NCBI GenBank assembly: GCA_049317445.1
Contig: JBMOIG010000006.1
Coordinates: 9,459-73,458, forward strand
Source: Myxococcota bacterium
GTDB lineage: Bacteria; Myxococcota_A; UBA9042
Reading direction: 5' to 3'
DNA length: 64,000 bases
The translations under genes were made by a program, and so were the position numbers. The notes beneath the pieces were generated by a model. That model worked only from the letters and a program-made list of their open reading frames with translations, did no database searches and was not told where the DNA came from. Shown here piece after piece: positions 36,346 to 44,742 of this stretch (its first letter is position 1; the number at the start of each line of letters is the position of its first letter).

Positions 36346-36957
36346 CTATTTGCTCAAGCGGTGGCGCAGATACAGCACGACACCGAACACCGCAAGCGCA
36401 GCCGTCACCGCCGCGGTCGCCAGGTTCCACTTTCCGCCCGGCCCATCGACGTACGCGGTCCACAGAAAGAAGGCCGTAAACGCCGCACCAGCACCCATGG
36501 CCTGCGCGCCCAGCCGCCGCATCCTGCGGACCTGGATGTCCTCGACCCTGCGCGTGTCGGTCGCCACCTCGGTTACCAGATCCGCCGCCGTAGTGGTGGA
36601 CAGGCCATGCCGCGTCAACGCGATTCGAAGCTGCTCCAACTGGACGTCGTCAAACGCGTCGCCACGCTGCGCCCGTCGCAGGTATCGCCACAAGTACACA
36701 GTTTCGATGCCGAATTCACCGTCGTCCGGTTCGGGTGCGTCGGCGTCCGCCGCGGGCAATTGCGCCAGCAGGTCATCGACCACCGCTTGCGCGATGGCGG
36801 CCGAAAACCCGCTGCGTTCGAATGCGCGAATCAGCGCATTGGGCGTGGCGCCTTCGGCAAGCAGGTCTGAGGCCTGCCCCAGCAGGTCATCGGCCGTCTG
36901 CTCTGCACTCCAGGGTTCGTCGCGGGGGGAGGAATCGGGCGTCGGACGTGGCGTCAT
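36346..36957 (-). CDS. Hypothetical protein with two C-terminal TM helices
   Basis: ORF 36346..37005. ATG at 36957 (MTPRPTPDSS...) or GTG at 37005; start uncertain. Acidic soluble N-terminal part, then LGAQAMGAGAAFTAFFLWTAYV and WNLATAAVTAALAVFGVVLYL. Confidence 0.5.
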   Translation of the reverse strand: MTPRPTPDSSPRDEPWSAEQTADDLLGQASDLLAEGATPNALIRAFERSGFSAAIAQAVVDDLLAQLPAADADAPEPDDGEFGIETVYLWRYLRRAQRGDAFDDVQLEQLRIALTRHGLSTTTAADLVTEVATDTRRVEDIQVRRMRRLGAQAMGAGAAFTAFFLWTAYVDGPGGKWNLATAAVTAALAVFGVVLYLRHRLSK

Positions 36958-37042
36958 GGGCGGTAGGTGTCCTTGTCGAGTGCTTGCGTGGAGTGGATCC
37001 GCCACCTATCGTGTGGGTTCCAAAGTGAGTCCGGGAGGCACC

Positions 37043-37807
37043 GTGGCGTCCGAACCGACCCTGATCTGGCGTCTGGAGCAGCGGCTCGGGCGAGGCACCC
37101 TGTGGCTGATGGCCACGTTGCTGGGCGTCCACGTCCTGTTCCTGCTGGGACGGAGCATGGGCGGCCCCGACGGCGCGGCCATGACACTGTACAACGACCA
37201 CTTGGCGCTGTCTGCCGGGGCGTTGCGGCGGGGCGAGCTGCAGACGCTCGCGACCTACGGCCTGCTGCACGACCTCGACGGCTATCTGCACATCCTTTTC
37301 AATGTGATGGTGTTGTACTTCTTCGGCCCGGCGCTCGAACGGCGCTGGGGCACAGCGGCCTTCCTTCGCTATTTCGCCATCGCGGCGGTCGCTGGCGGTG
37401 TGTTTCAGGGCGGCTTCGACCTGATGGTCGGGCGGGAGAATCTGACGGTAGGGGCTTCGGCGGGCCTGATGGCACTGTTGGCCGCCTTTGCTTGGAGCAA
37501 CCCCAACGCCCAGATCCTGCTGTTCTTCGTGATCCCGGTGCAGGCGCGGTACCTGATCCCGGTGACGGTGGGGATGGACCTGCTGGTGTGGCTGACGGAC
37601 GGCGGCGTTGCGTTCTTCGCACACCTGGGTGGTCTGGCCGCGGCATGGGTACTGTTGCGCGGCATTCCGCCCCGGCGACACATGGCCGCGACGGCACGCG
37701 GAACATGGGTGTGGCTGTTGAAGCGACTCGGGCTGCGAAAGCAACGACCGTTTCACGTCATCGACGGTGGACGCAAGAACGACCGTGACCGATCGCGGTG
37801 GAACTAG
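37043..37807 (+). CDS. Rhomboid-family intramembrane serine protease
   Basis: GTG 37043 with GGGAGG upstream. HILFNVMVLYFFGPALERRWG, catalytic-Ser motif GASAGLMALL and catalytic-His helix FAHLGGLAAAW. Confidence 0.8.
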   Translation: MASEPTLIWRLEQRLGRGTLWLMATLLGVHVLFLLGRSMGGPDGAAMTLYNDHLALSAGALRRGELQTLATYGLLHDLDGYLHILFNVMVLYFFGPALERRWGTAAFLRYFAIAAVAGGVFQGGFDLMVGRENLTVGASAGLMALLAAFAWSNPNAQILLFFVIPVQARYLIPVTVGMDLLVWLTDGGVAFFAHLGGLAAAWVLLRGIPPRRHMAATARGTWVWLLKRLGLRKQRPFHVIDGGRKNDRDRSRWN

Positions 37808-37829
37808 CCGGCCTTGCGCTGGTAACCGC

Positions 37830-38963
37830 CTAGTCGCCCACGGAGTTCATGGGCGTACGCTCCGGAACCCTTCCGTACGCTCCCATCCCGCGAGAAGCAA
37901 ACACCCGGCCGGTGTTGTCGATCAGGAAGCCCTCCGCCTGGTCCTCGTGATCCAGCAGGTCGATGCCGGCACGCGGCCCCAGCACGAACACGGCGGCGCT
38001 GAGCCCGTCTGCCAGCGTCGCATCCTTTGCCACGACGGTGACTTGCAGGACGCCGTCGACCGGCACGCCCGTCCGCGGGTCCAGCACGTCGTGATAGCGA
38101 TGGCGCCCCTTCACCGTGAATCGCTCGCCGTCTGAGCGCGTGGCCACCGCCTCACCGTCTACAAACAGACGGGTGACGACCTGACCTGGGTTGCGCGGAT
38201 TCGCGATGGGAATCGACCAGATGCGCCCTTGACTTCGTCCCTGGGCATAGGCGTCCTGGCCGATGCGGATTTGAAAGTCCTGCACCCCCGCCTGACGCAA
38301 CACCTGCGCGGCCCGGTCGCACGCGTAGCCGTGCCAAAGGTCCTGCAACGTCACGCGAACCCCATGCTGCAGGATGCGGACGGTCGGGGTGGTCCCTGGC
38401 ATGAGCACGACCTGACGGCAACCGGTCAACGCGCGCCTGGCGACGAGTTCCTGCGGCAAGGGCTGAACGAACGGTCGGGCAGAGAAGCTCCACAGATAGT
38501 CATAGCTGGCCACCGTCGGGTCGAACGCGCCTGCCGTCTGCCGACACAGCGTCAGGCTGCGGTCCAGGAGTCCCAAGGTCTCGGGGCTGACGGGAACGGC
38601 CTCCAACGACGCGACCGTGTTGATGGCCCGCACTTCCGAACCGGGGGCCGCACTGTCGAGCTGTTGTCCGATGCGCGTAACCTCTGTCATCGCCGTCTGA
38701 ATGGCTTTGCGGGCAAGCTCGGCGTCCGGGTGGTGGACACGAATGGAGCACCGGCCGCCCAGCAGGACGCGCATGTCCTCGTATTCACTGGACGCTTCGT
38801 CTCCGTCCCCCGGACGCACCGCCTCGGCGCCGTCGTCCGCGCGCTGCGCGCGGGCGCTGCCTGCCTCGACCAACTGCCACAACGTCGTCAGGCACAGCAC
38901 AGCCAGAATCGGCGGCGGTCGCGAGGGGTTGGGTGCTCTGGCAAGGCGCATTCGGACTCGCAT
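37830..38963 (-). CDS. apbE: FAD:protein FMN transferase (ApbE family), exported
   Basis: Signal-like N-terminus ...ILAVLCLTTLWQLVEAGSARA. GAFDPTVASY, EAVATRSDGERF and YHDVLDPRTGVP motifs. Confidence 0.8.
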   Translation of the reverse strand: MRVRMRLARAPNPSRPPPILAVLCLTTLWQLVEAGSARAQRADDGAEAVRPGDGDEASSEYEDMRVLLGGRCSIRVHHPDAELARKAIQTAMTEVTRIGQQLDSAAPGSEVRAINTVASLEAVPVSPETLGLLDRSLTLCRQTAGAFDPTVASYDYLWSFSARPFVQPLPQELVARRALTGCRQVVLMPGTTPTVRILQHGVRVTLQDLWHGYACDRAAQVLRQAGVQDFQIRIGQDAYAQGRSQGRIWSIPIANPRNPGQVVTRLFVDGEAVATRSDGERFTVKGRHRYHDVLDPRTGVPVDGVLQVTVVAKDATLADGLSAAVFVLGPRAGIDLLDHEDQAEGFLIDNTGRVFASRGMGAYGRVPERTPMNSVGD

Positions 38964-39057
38964 CAGGGGAAGATGGCCGGTCGGAGGCCGGTCGGAGGAC
39001 TCGCTGTCACCAGAACGCGGGGATACGCGCGGTCATTCCCCTACGCCAACCCGTGCC

Positions 39058-39558
39058 TCATGGGCGGTCGCGCTCCGACCTGGCCGCGTCGTCCTCAGCT
39101 TCGGACTCGCGTACTGCAGCCTCGTACTCGGGATCGTCGCCGGGCAGGTCGGGGCCTTCTCGCCATTCATGCCCGCAAGACCGACACGAATAGTAGCGAA
39201 TGCGACCGCCGCCGTCTGGGGGCTCGGCCGGCCACGCAGGTTCCGGGACGCGAGGCTTGCGACCGCCCAGCGCAGCGCACTTCGGACAGCGGTTGCCGAG
39301 CAACCGCGCGAACACCATGCCCACGATGCCCAACGCGGCGGCCAGTAGCCCGGCGCTGATCAGGACGGGGTCCGGCGTACCCGGCCCGGCGGACATGCCC
39401 GCCAACAGCAGGCCGAACATCATCAGTCCCAGGCCGCCGAACATCAGCAGCAGAAACAACAACAGCGACCCGCAGCCGGTGTCGTACAGCGGGGGCAGCC
39501 CGACGTAGGTGACAGGCGGGTCGTCGTCGTCATCGATGGGGGCGGTAGCGTCGGCCAC
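39058..39558 (-). CDS. Membrane protein with C-terminal zinc-ribbon (CPKC...CRSC)
   Basis: GTG 39558 with GAGGTG upstream. Acidic N-terminus, two TM helices (GSLLLFLLLMFGGLGLMMFGLLLAG and VLISAGLLAAALGIVGMVFARLL). Then NRCPKCAALGG...YYSCRSCGHEW and an acidic tail. Confidence 0.5.
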   Translation of the reverse strand: MADATAPIDDDDDPPVTYVGLPPLYDTGCGSLLLFLLLMFGGLGLMMFGLLLAGMSAGPGTPDPVLISAGLLAAALGIVGMVFARLLGNRCPKCAALGGRKPRVPEPAWPAEPPDGGGRIRYYSCRSCGHEWREGPDLPGDDPEYEAAVRESEAEDDAARSERDRP

Positions 39559-39616
39559 TGGGCACCTCAGGGTCGAAGGGAATGCTCGCCGATGGTCGGT
39601 CAGACGGCCGATGCGT

Positions 39617-40996
39617 TCAAGTCCGCCAGGTCAGGCTGGCTTTCAGGTCCAGCGCGCGTTGGATGCGCCGCAGATGGTCGTCCGGATGGCCGAAGAAGTT
39701 GCGCGATAACGCGCCGTCGGTGGCGTACGCCTGACGCAACGACTCGGGGTCGGCCGAGTTAGGAAAAGGTTCGTACTCAAAGGGTGTTTCGCGGTCCAAC
39801 CACCAATCCGTGAAGCCGTGAAGCCGGTGGTGCTTGTCGTACAACGCGGTGCCGGGATACGGCACCAGCACACCGCGCGCGTTCAGCATCGCTCCGGAGG
39901 CCGCCGCTCGCTCCATGAAGGCGCAGGTCGCGTCGACCTCTGCCGCCGTCTCGTCGGGCCAGCCAAACATCGCGTTGACCATCACCCGCACGCCGGCATC
40001 CCGGCACAGCTCGACCGCGTGCAGGACCCGGTCGACCGTCACGCCCTTACCGATCTGCTTGATCCGCAAGGGGTCTCCGCTCTCTGCGCCCAGGTCCAAG
40101 CCGCCGCAACCCGCGCGCCGCATCGCCTCCAAGGTCTCCGCATCCAGATGCGTCGGGTGGACCGAAGCGCTCCAGTGCACGCCGCCCAACCGCTCCAATG
40201 CCAACGCCACCTGTGCGACGCGCTGCCGGTTCACCGCGAACGAGTCGTCGAAGAACACGAACGCGGGCGAGGCCTGCTCATCGCGCAACCGCTTGGCTTC
40301 CTGGGCGATTCGCTCAGGTGAGTGGGCGCGGAACGTCCGCCCGGTCACGGCGTTGCAGCAGAACGTACACGCCGCGGGACAGCCACGGCTCGCCAACATC
40401 CCGCCGAAGCTCGCGGAACCGGTCAGGCCGTACCAAGCGGGGTCGAACAGGTCCAGTGCGTCGGTGGGAGAGGCCAGAGCGTCCAGGTCCATCGTCGGCC
40501 CACGCCCAGCCGTCTGCACCGGCAGGCCATTGGCGCGCCACGCGAGTCCCCGAACATGCGAGAGATCCTGCGAAGCGGACAGGGCACCCCGGTCTGCCGC
40601 GTCCGCAAGCGCGACCAACGCCTCCTCCCCCTCGCCAGCCACCGTCAGGTCAAAGCCGTGGTGCAAGGGCTCCAGCGGCCGCACCGTCGCGTGTGGCCCC
40701 CCGGCAACCCAGACAACCCCACGCGGTGTCTCGGGATGTGCGCGCAACTCGGCCACCAGCCGGTACGCCCGGTGCAGGCCCAACGTCTTGAGGTGCACAC
40801 CCACCACTTGCGGGTCGAAGGCTTCGATCTGTCTGGCGATTTCGATGGTCTCGCGGGTTCCGTGGGGCGCCGCCGCGTCCGCAACCGCCACTTCGTGACC
40901 CGCCCGCCGCAGCGCTGCCGCAAGAAAGCCCAGCGCCAGCCCAGGTCGACGCATCGCCTCGGACGACGGTGGCTGGATCAGGAACACGCGGGCCAT
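39617..40996 (-). CDS. B12-binding-domain radical SAM protein (class B)
   Basis: ATG 40996 with GGAG 6 nt upstream. N-terminal Rossmann-like cobalamin-binding region (VFLIQPP..., VGVHLKT..., VAGGPHAT). CxxxCxxC cluster ASRGCPAACTFCCN. Confidence 0.85.
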   Translation of the reverse strand: MARVFLIQPPSSEAMRRPGLALGFLAAALRRAGHEVAVADAAAPHGTRETIEIARQIEAFDPQVVGVHLKTLGLHRAYRLVAELRAHPETPRGVVWVAGGPHATVRPLEPLHHGFDLTVAGEGEEALVALADAADRGALSASQDLSHVRGLAWRANGLPVQTAGRGPTMDLDALASPTDALDLFDPAWYGLTGSASFGGMLASRGCPAACTFCCNAVTGRTFRAHSPERIAQEAKRLRDEQASPAFVFFDDSFAVNRQRVAQVALALERLGGVHWSASVHPTHLDAETLEAMRRAGCGGLDLGAESGDPLRIKQIGKGVTVDRVLHAVELCRDAGVRVMVNAMFGWPDETAAEVDATCAFMERAAASGAMLNARGVLVPYPGTALYDKHHRLHGFTDWWLDRETPFEYEPFPNSADPESLRQAYATDGALSRNFFGHPDDHLRRIQRALDLKASLTWRT

Positions 40997-41038
40997 CGCA
41001 AGCTCCAATTCGGTCTCAGGCTCTTGGAGCCGGTGCGT

Positions 41039-41752
41039 CTAGATGTCCGCCCCCGCGCGCAACCCCTCGTCCAGCTGCCACGGTCCCAATCGGTCAGGGG
41101 CCGCCACCGCGTGCGCCAGCAGCTGTCCAAATACCCGCCTCGGTACCAGCGTCGCGCCAAACCCGGCCAGCAGCGGTGTCTCGACCTGCGCGTCCACCAG
41201 CGTGAACGCCCAAGCCTGCAGCTGCCGGACAAGGGTGACGAAAGCCACTTTGCTGGCGTCGTCGGCTACCGCAAACATCGACTCACCGAAGAAGGCTTTC
41301 CCCAACGAGATCCCGTACAGCCCTCCGGCCAACTGGCCCTCGCGCCAGGCCTCGACCGAGTGTGCGTAGCCACGCCGATGCAAGTCGGTGTAGGCCGCCA
41401 GCATCTCGGGCGTAATCCATGTGCCGTCCTGATCGGGTCGATAGGCGAGGGCGCAGGCCTTCATCACCCCGGCAAACGCGGTGTCCAGCGTGATAGAGTA
41501 AGGGTGTCGTTTCAGAACCTTATGCAGCGTCCGATTCACCCGCAGCAGACCTGGCGCCAGCACGCAACGTTCAGGCGGTGCGTGCCACATCAGCGGATAA
41601 CCCTCAGCCGGCCAGGGGAAGATGCCTTGGCGATAGGCGAGCAGAAGTCGCTCGGGGCGCAGGTCTCCGCCAACTGCCAGTACGCCGGAGGGATGCGCGT
41701 CCTCAGGGTTGGGGAAGCGCAACTCCGCGGTCAGTCGGGCGATTCGACTCAC
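41039..41752 (-). CDS. aat: Leucyl/phenylalanyl-tRNA--protein transferase
   Basis: GIFPWPAEGYPLMWHAPPERCVL, AFAGVMKACA, TWITPEMLAAYTDLHRRGYAHSVEAW and GGLYGISLGKAFFGESMF. The GTG at 41752 gives a GTGA overlap with the upstream stop; the ATG at 41779 is the alternative. Confidence 0.85.
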   Translation of the reverse strand: MSRIARLTAELRFPNPEDAHPSGVLAVGGDLRPERLLLAYRQGIFPWPAEGYPLMWHAPPERCVLAPGLLRVNRTLHKVLKRHPYSITLDTAFAGVMKACALAYRPDQDGTWITPEMLAAYTDLHRRGYAHSVEAWREGQLAGGLYGISLGKAFFGESMFAVADDASKVAFVTLVRQLQAWAFTLVDAQVETPLLAGFGATLVPRRVFGQLLAHAVAAPDRLGPWQLDEGLRAGADI

Positions 41753-42831
41753 TTCGCGACTTCGACCTTCAGGCCCCACCCGGTCAGGTGCTTCAGCGCG
41801 GCCTTCTGGGTGGTCTCGACGGCCTTGCGATTCGGGTCCTTCTCGCCGCGCTCGTCTTTGGACTGCTTGGTGTAGCGGTCGTAGCCAGCCTCAATCTGCC
41901 GCATGGCCTTGTCAGTTGCGTCGAAGAACGCCCTGAATTCGGCTGCCTGCTTGTCGTTCAGGCCCTTGACCTTCTCAAGCCGCGCGCGGTCCTTGGCGAT
42001 GCGCTTGGTGGGGACGGCGACCCAGCGGCGCAGCGATTCCATCTTGGGCATGTTGTAGCCCAGCCAGCTCTTGTTCGCGTACCGGTCGTAAGCTCCCCCA
42101 AGGTCAGCAAGGAAAAAGCCATATGAATCAACCAGCTGCTGGCGGAATGTGGCGACATCCACGTCGGCCCCCACCACCGCCGGGTCGTCGTCGGGCTGCA
42201 GCTCGTCCGGCCACTTCTCAATGTCGGCGGCTGCGCGGTCCAGATCCGCCCCGGCAAACAGCACGCGGTCGCGCGACTGCTGAGCGGTCTCGGTCACGAT
42301 GTCGATGTCGGGCGCGCCGATCTTCTTGGCCATGAAGGACAGCACGCGGTAGTGCTCCATCTGGTCGGTGGCGAGCACGATGAAGCGGTCGAGCGCGGGG
42401 TTGCGCCCCAAATGCTCCTCCGCCAGTGCACGCACGATCTTCCACGGCCCGCGCGTCTTCTTCTCGGGGCTGCCGTCCATGCAGAACTCGTCCATGTCGG
42501 AGAGGCTGACCCACTCGACGTCGCGACGACGCATCTTGTTGAACTGGAACGGGATCATGTAGTCGTTGCGGCACTTCATCAGGTCGTCGTGCGCAAGCTT
42601 GACCTGCTCCTTGGTGCGCGTGGACCACGTATCGACGGCGGGCTTGGCGGGAGCCTCCGCTTTGACCTCCTGCACGGGCACTTGGCTGAAGTCGATGCCC
42701 TCTGGCTTGGCCAGAAAGTCGACGACCTTCTTCTTCTCAGCCTTGTCCTTCTCCCCACACCCAGACAGGGACAGGGCGGCAAGGGACAGGCAGAGCAGGG
42801 TGGCGAAGGGGGCGGGGGAGCGGACGAACAT
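41749..42831 (-). CDS. Lipoprotein, unknown function (K/E/D-rich)
   Basis: Lipobox MFVRSPAPFATLLCLSLAALSLSGC. 360 aa. No family recognised. Confidence 0.6.
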   Translation of the reverse strand: MFVRSPAPFATLLCLSLAALSLSGCGEKDKAEKKKVVDFLAKPEGIDFSQVPVQEVKAEAPAKPAVDTWSTRTKEQVKLAHDDLMKCRNDYMIPFQFNKMRRRDVEWVSLSDMDEFCMDGSPEKKTRGPWKIVRALAEEHLGRNPALDRFIVLATDQMEHYRVLSFMAKKIGAPDIDIVTETAQQSRDRVLFAGADLDRAAADIEKWPDELQPDDDPAVVGADVDVATFRQQLVDSYGFFLADLGGAYDRYANKSWLGYNMPKMESLRRWVAVPTKRIAKDRARLEKVKGLNDKQAAEFRAFFDATDKAMRQIEAGYDRYTKQSKDERGEKDPNRKAVETTQKAALKHLTGWGLKVEVAK

Positions 42832-42908
42832 GGCGACCTCGCGGGTGAAAGCGCGAGGCGTTGTAGACCGGAGGGCCGCGAACTGACAAGCGCGCCCTGC
42901 AAGTCCGC

Positions 42909-42953
42909 AAAAAGACTGCGGCGCCGATCCGTTTGCACGAATCGACGCCGCAG
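42909..42953 (-). terminator. Rho-independent terminator of the tail-tube gene
   Basis: The minus strand reads CTGCGGCG-T-CGAT...ATCG-G-CGCCGCAG followed by TCTTTTTG. This is an 8+4 bp stem with one mismatch, then a T-tract, about 65 nt after the stop at 43017. Confidence 0.55.
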
Positions 42954-43016
42954 GGACACTCGCATCGGAAGTGTCACGGGGGGCCAGAGCGTGTCACGCA
43001 CCGGCCACACGGAAAC

Positions 43017-43448
43017 CTAGCCGCGCTCGATCTTCTCGACTGCCAGCTCGAGCTCTTCGACGTTCACGTCGGTGCCCTTGCCGTCCAAGGTGAAGCCCTT
43101 CCACTTGGTGGGCCATCCCTCGAAGAAGTTGTAGCGCATGACCTCGGACCCGTCGTCCGCGCACAGGATGATCGATCCCGCCTTGCGCTCAACCTTGCCC
43201 TCGATGACCTTCTTGCGCCAGTCCCACAGCTCGACGTTGTTCACGTAGCCGCGCTTCAGGGTGACGTTGCTGTACTTGGTGCGACCCGGGCGCTTGCGCA
43301 GCACCATGTCGTCACCGTCCTGGAACTCGACAACCTCGGTCTCGGAGTCGAGACCTTCCACGTTGCGGAAGGCACCCTGGGTCACGCCTTCGATTTCCAC
43401 CTTGAAATTGAAATTGCCGATGTGGTCAAAAGGACGACGATTAGGCAT
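43017..43448 (-). CDS. Phage T4 gp19-like tail-tube protein (contractile injection system tube)
   Basis: 143 aa. MPNRRPFDHIGNFNFKVEIEGVTQGAFRNVEGLDSETEVVEFQDG...RKRPGRTKYSNVTLKRGYV...ELWDW...FFEGWPTKWKG...VEELELAVEKIE matches the conserved phage-tail-region (tube) pattern along its whole length. GGAGA RBS. Confidence 0.85.
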   Translation of the reverse strand: MPNRRPFDHIGNFNFKVEIEGVTQGAFRNVEGLDSETEVVEFQDGDDMVLRKRPGRTKYSNVTLKRGYVNNVELWDWRKKVIEGKVERKAGSIILCADDGSEVMRYNFFEGWPTKWKGFTLDGKGTDVNVEELELAVEKIERG

Positions 43449-43613
43449 AGCTTGGTCTCCGTTGCCCCGTCGGGGCGATTCGCTTGCTGCCGGTCCCGAA
43501 CCTCACGGGAACCGACCATCCTGCCAGCCGATTGTGCCGCCGACTTCACATTGGAAGCCGCCGCGCTGCTGCTCAGGCCAAAGCGAATGTAGCGGTCCTT
43601 CCCATCGCGGACA

Positions 43614-43628
43614 ACGCGAAATTCGCGT
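43614..43628. promoter_or_regulatory. Perfect 15-bp palindrome (candidate operator) in the tube/ppx divergent promoter region
   Basis: ACGCGAA-A-TTCGCGT read directly. It abuts a possible minus-strand promoter, TTGTCC-N17-TACATT. Confidence 0.35.
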
Positions 43629-43737
43629 CGGCCTGAAGAAATGGGGTGAGGAGTCCCCTTTCAGCCCGTTCGGCTGGACGCCAGCGCAGGGGTCACGCAC
43701 AGTACAGAGGCCGCCGTGGTGGCGCACGCGAGGTCCG

Positions 43738-44742
43738 GTGACACAGTCGCATCGAGAGCACGACCCGACCTCCGAACCGCCGGTCGCTGTCATCGACATC
43801 GGGTCGAATTCGATCTGCCTGCTGGTCGTTCGCCCACGACGTGATGGAACCCTTGAGATTCTTTCGAAGATCAAGGACGACGCGCAGCTGCGTGCTCAGG
43901 TCGGGCCTGAGGGGCGTCTGTCCAGCACCGGTGTGGACCGTATGCTGGCGGTGCTGGCGCGGTTCCAGAACGAGATCAATCGACTGCACGCAGAGCCCTT
44001 CGCTGTCGCAACCGCTGCCCTTCGCGCCGCCACCAACGCGCGTCAGGTGGTGCTGCGGATCAAGGAAGAGGTCGGCTTGGACGTCCACGTGATCTCCGGT
44101 CACGAGGAGGCCCGCCTCGCGTGGTTGGGCGCACGGCACGCGATGGGACACGCAGCGGACGACGGCCAGATCCTGTGCGTCGACGTCGGCGGCGGGTCCA
44201 CGGAGCTGTTGCTGGGGCGTCGCGACCGCGCCGTTTGGGCCAGCAGCCTGCCGTTGGGGGCGATCGTCGTCGCCCGCGATCTCCTTGGACCGGACCCGGT
44301 GACGGTGAAGACGCTTGCCCATGCGAGGCACGAGATCCGCGAACAGTTGCAGGATCTTGCGGCGGAACTGCGGCACGTCGGTGCCTACCGCACCTTTGCC
44401 ACGTCGGGGACCGTGCAGCGGGTGGCACGCATCGCGCTGGGGCTGCGGGGCGAAGACCCGCGAGACGACGTCCACGGTTTCGAGCTGGAGGCCAGCCACG
44501 TCCATGAGGTGGTCGAGAAGCTCGCCGCCACGCGGTCTACCGCAGAACGCAAGGCGATTTTGGGCATGGACCCCTCGCGCGCCGACACGTTGTTGGGCGG
44601 GGCGATGCTGCATGAGGCGCTGTCGGAAGTGCTGCACATCGAGCGTTGGACGGTGTCGATGGCCGGATTGCGGATGGGGTTGGTGGCGCAGGCCCTTGCG
44701 GCGCGCGGGCACAGGGAGCCTCCGCACGGCAAACTCGGATAG
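43738..44742 (+). CDS. Ppx/GppA-family phosphatase (exopolyphosphatase / pppGpp phosphohydrolase)
   Basis: GTG 43738 is the first plausible start that does not overlap the tube gene. VAVIDIGSNSICLLVV and DVGGGSTELLLG actin-like ATPase motifs. Confidence 0.8.
   Translation: MTQSHREHDPTSEPPVAVIDIGSNSICLLVVRPRRDGTLEILSKIKDDAQLRAQVGPEGRLSSTGVDRMLAVLARFQNEINRLHAEPFAVATAALRAATNARQVVLRIKEEVGLDVHVISGHEEARLAWLGARHAMGHAADDGQILCVDVGGGSTELLLGRRDRAVWASSLPLGAIVVARDLLGPDPVTVKTLAHARHEIREQLQDLAAELRHVGAYRTFATSGTVQRVARIALGLRGEDPRDDVHGFELEASHVHEVVEKLAATRSTAERKAILGMDPSRADTLLGGAMLHEALSEVLHIERWTVSMAGLRMGLVAQALAARGHREPPHGKLG

Noticed and set aside
43017-43448. Tail-tube gene as evidence of a prophage.
   Set aside because: No other phage, integrase or att-like features occur in the window, and the composition looks native. 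I treat it as an orphan tube gene rather than a mobile element.
43261-43737. N-terminal extension of the ppx/gppA ORF (ORF track start 43261).
   Set aside because: The extension runs antisense through the tail-tube gene and its promoter region and has no coding character. The first in-frame start clear of the tube gene is GTG 43738, just before the conserved VAVIDIGSNS motif.
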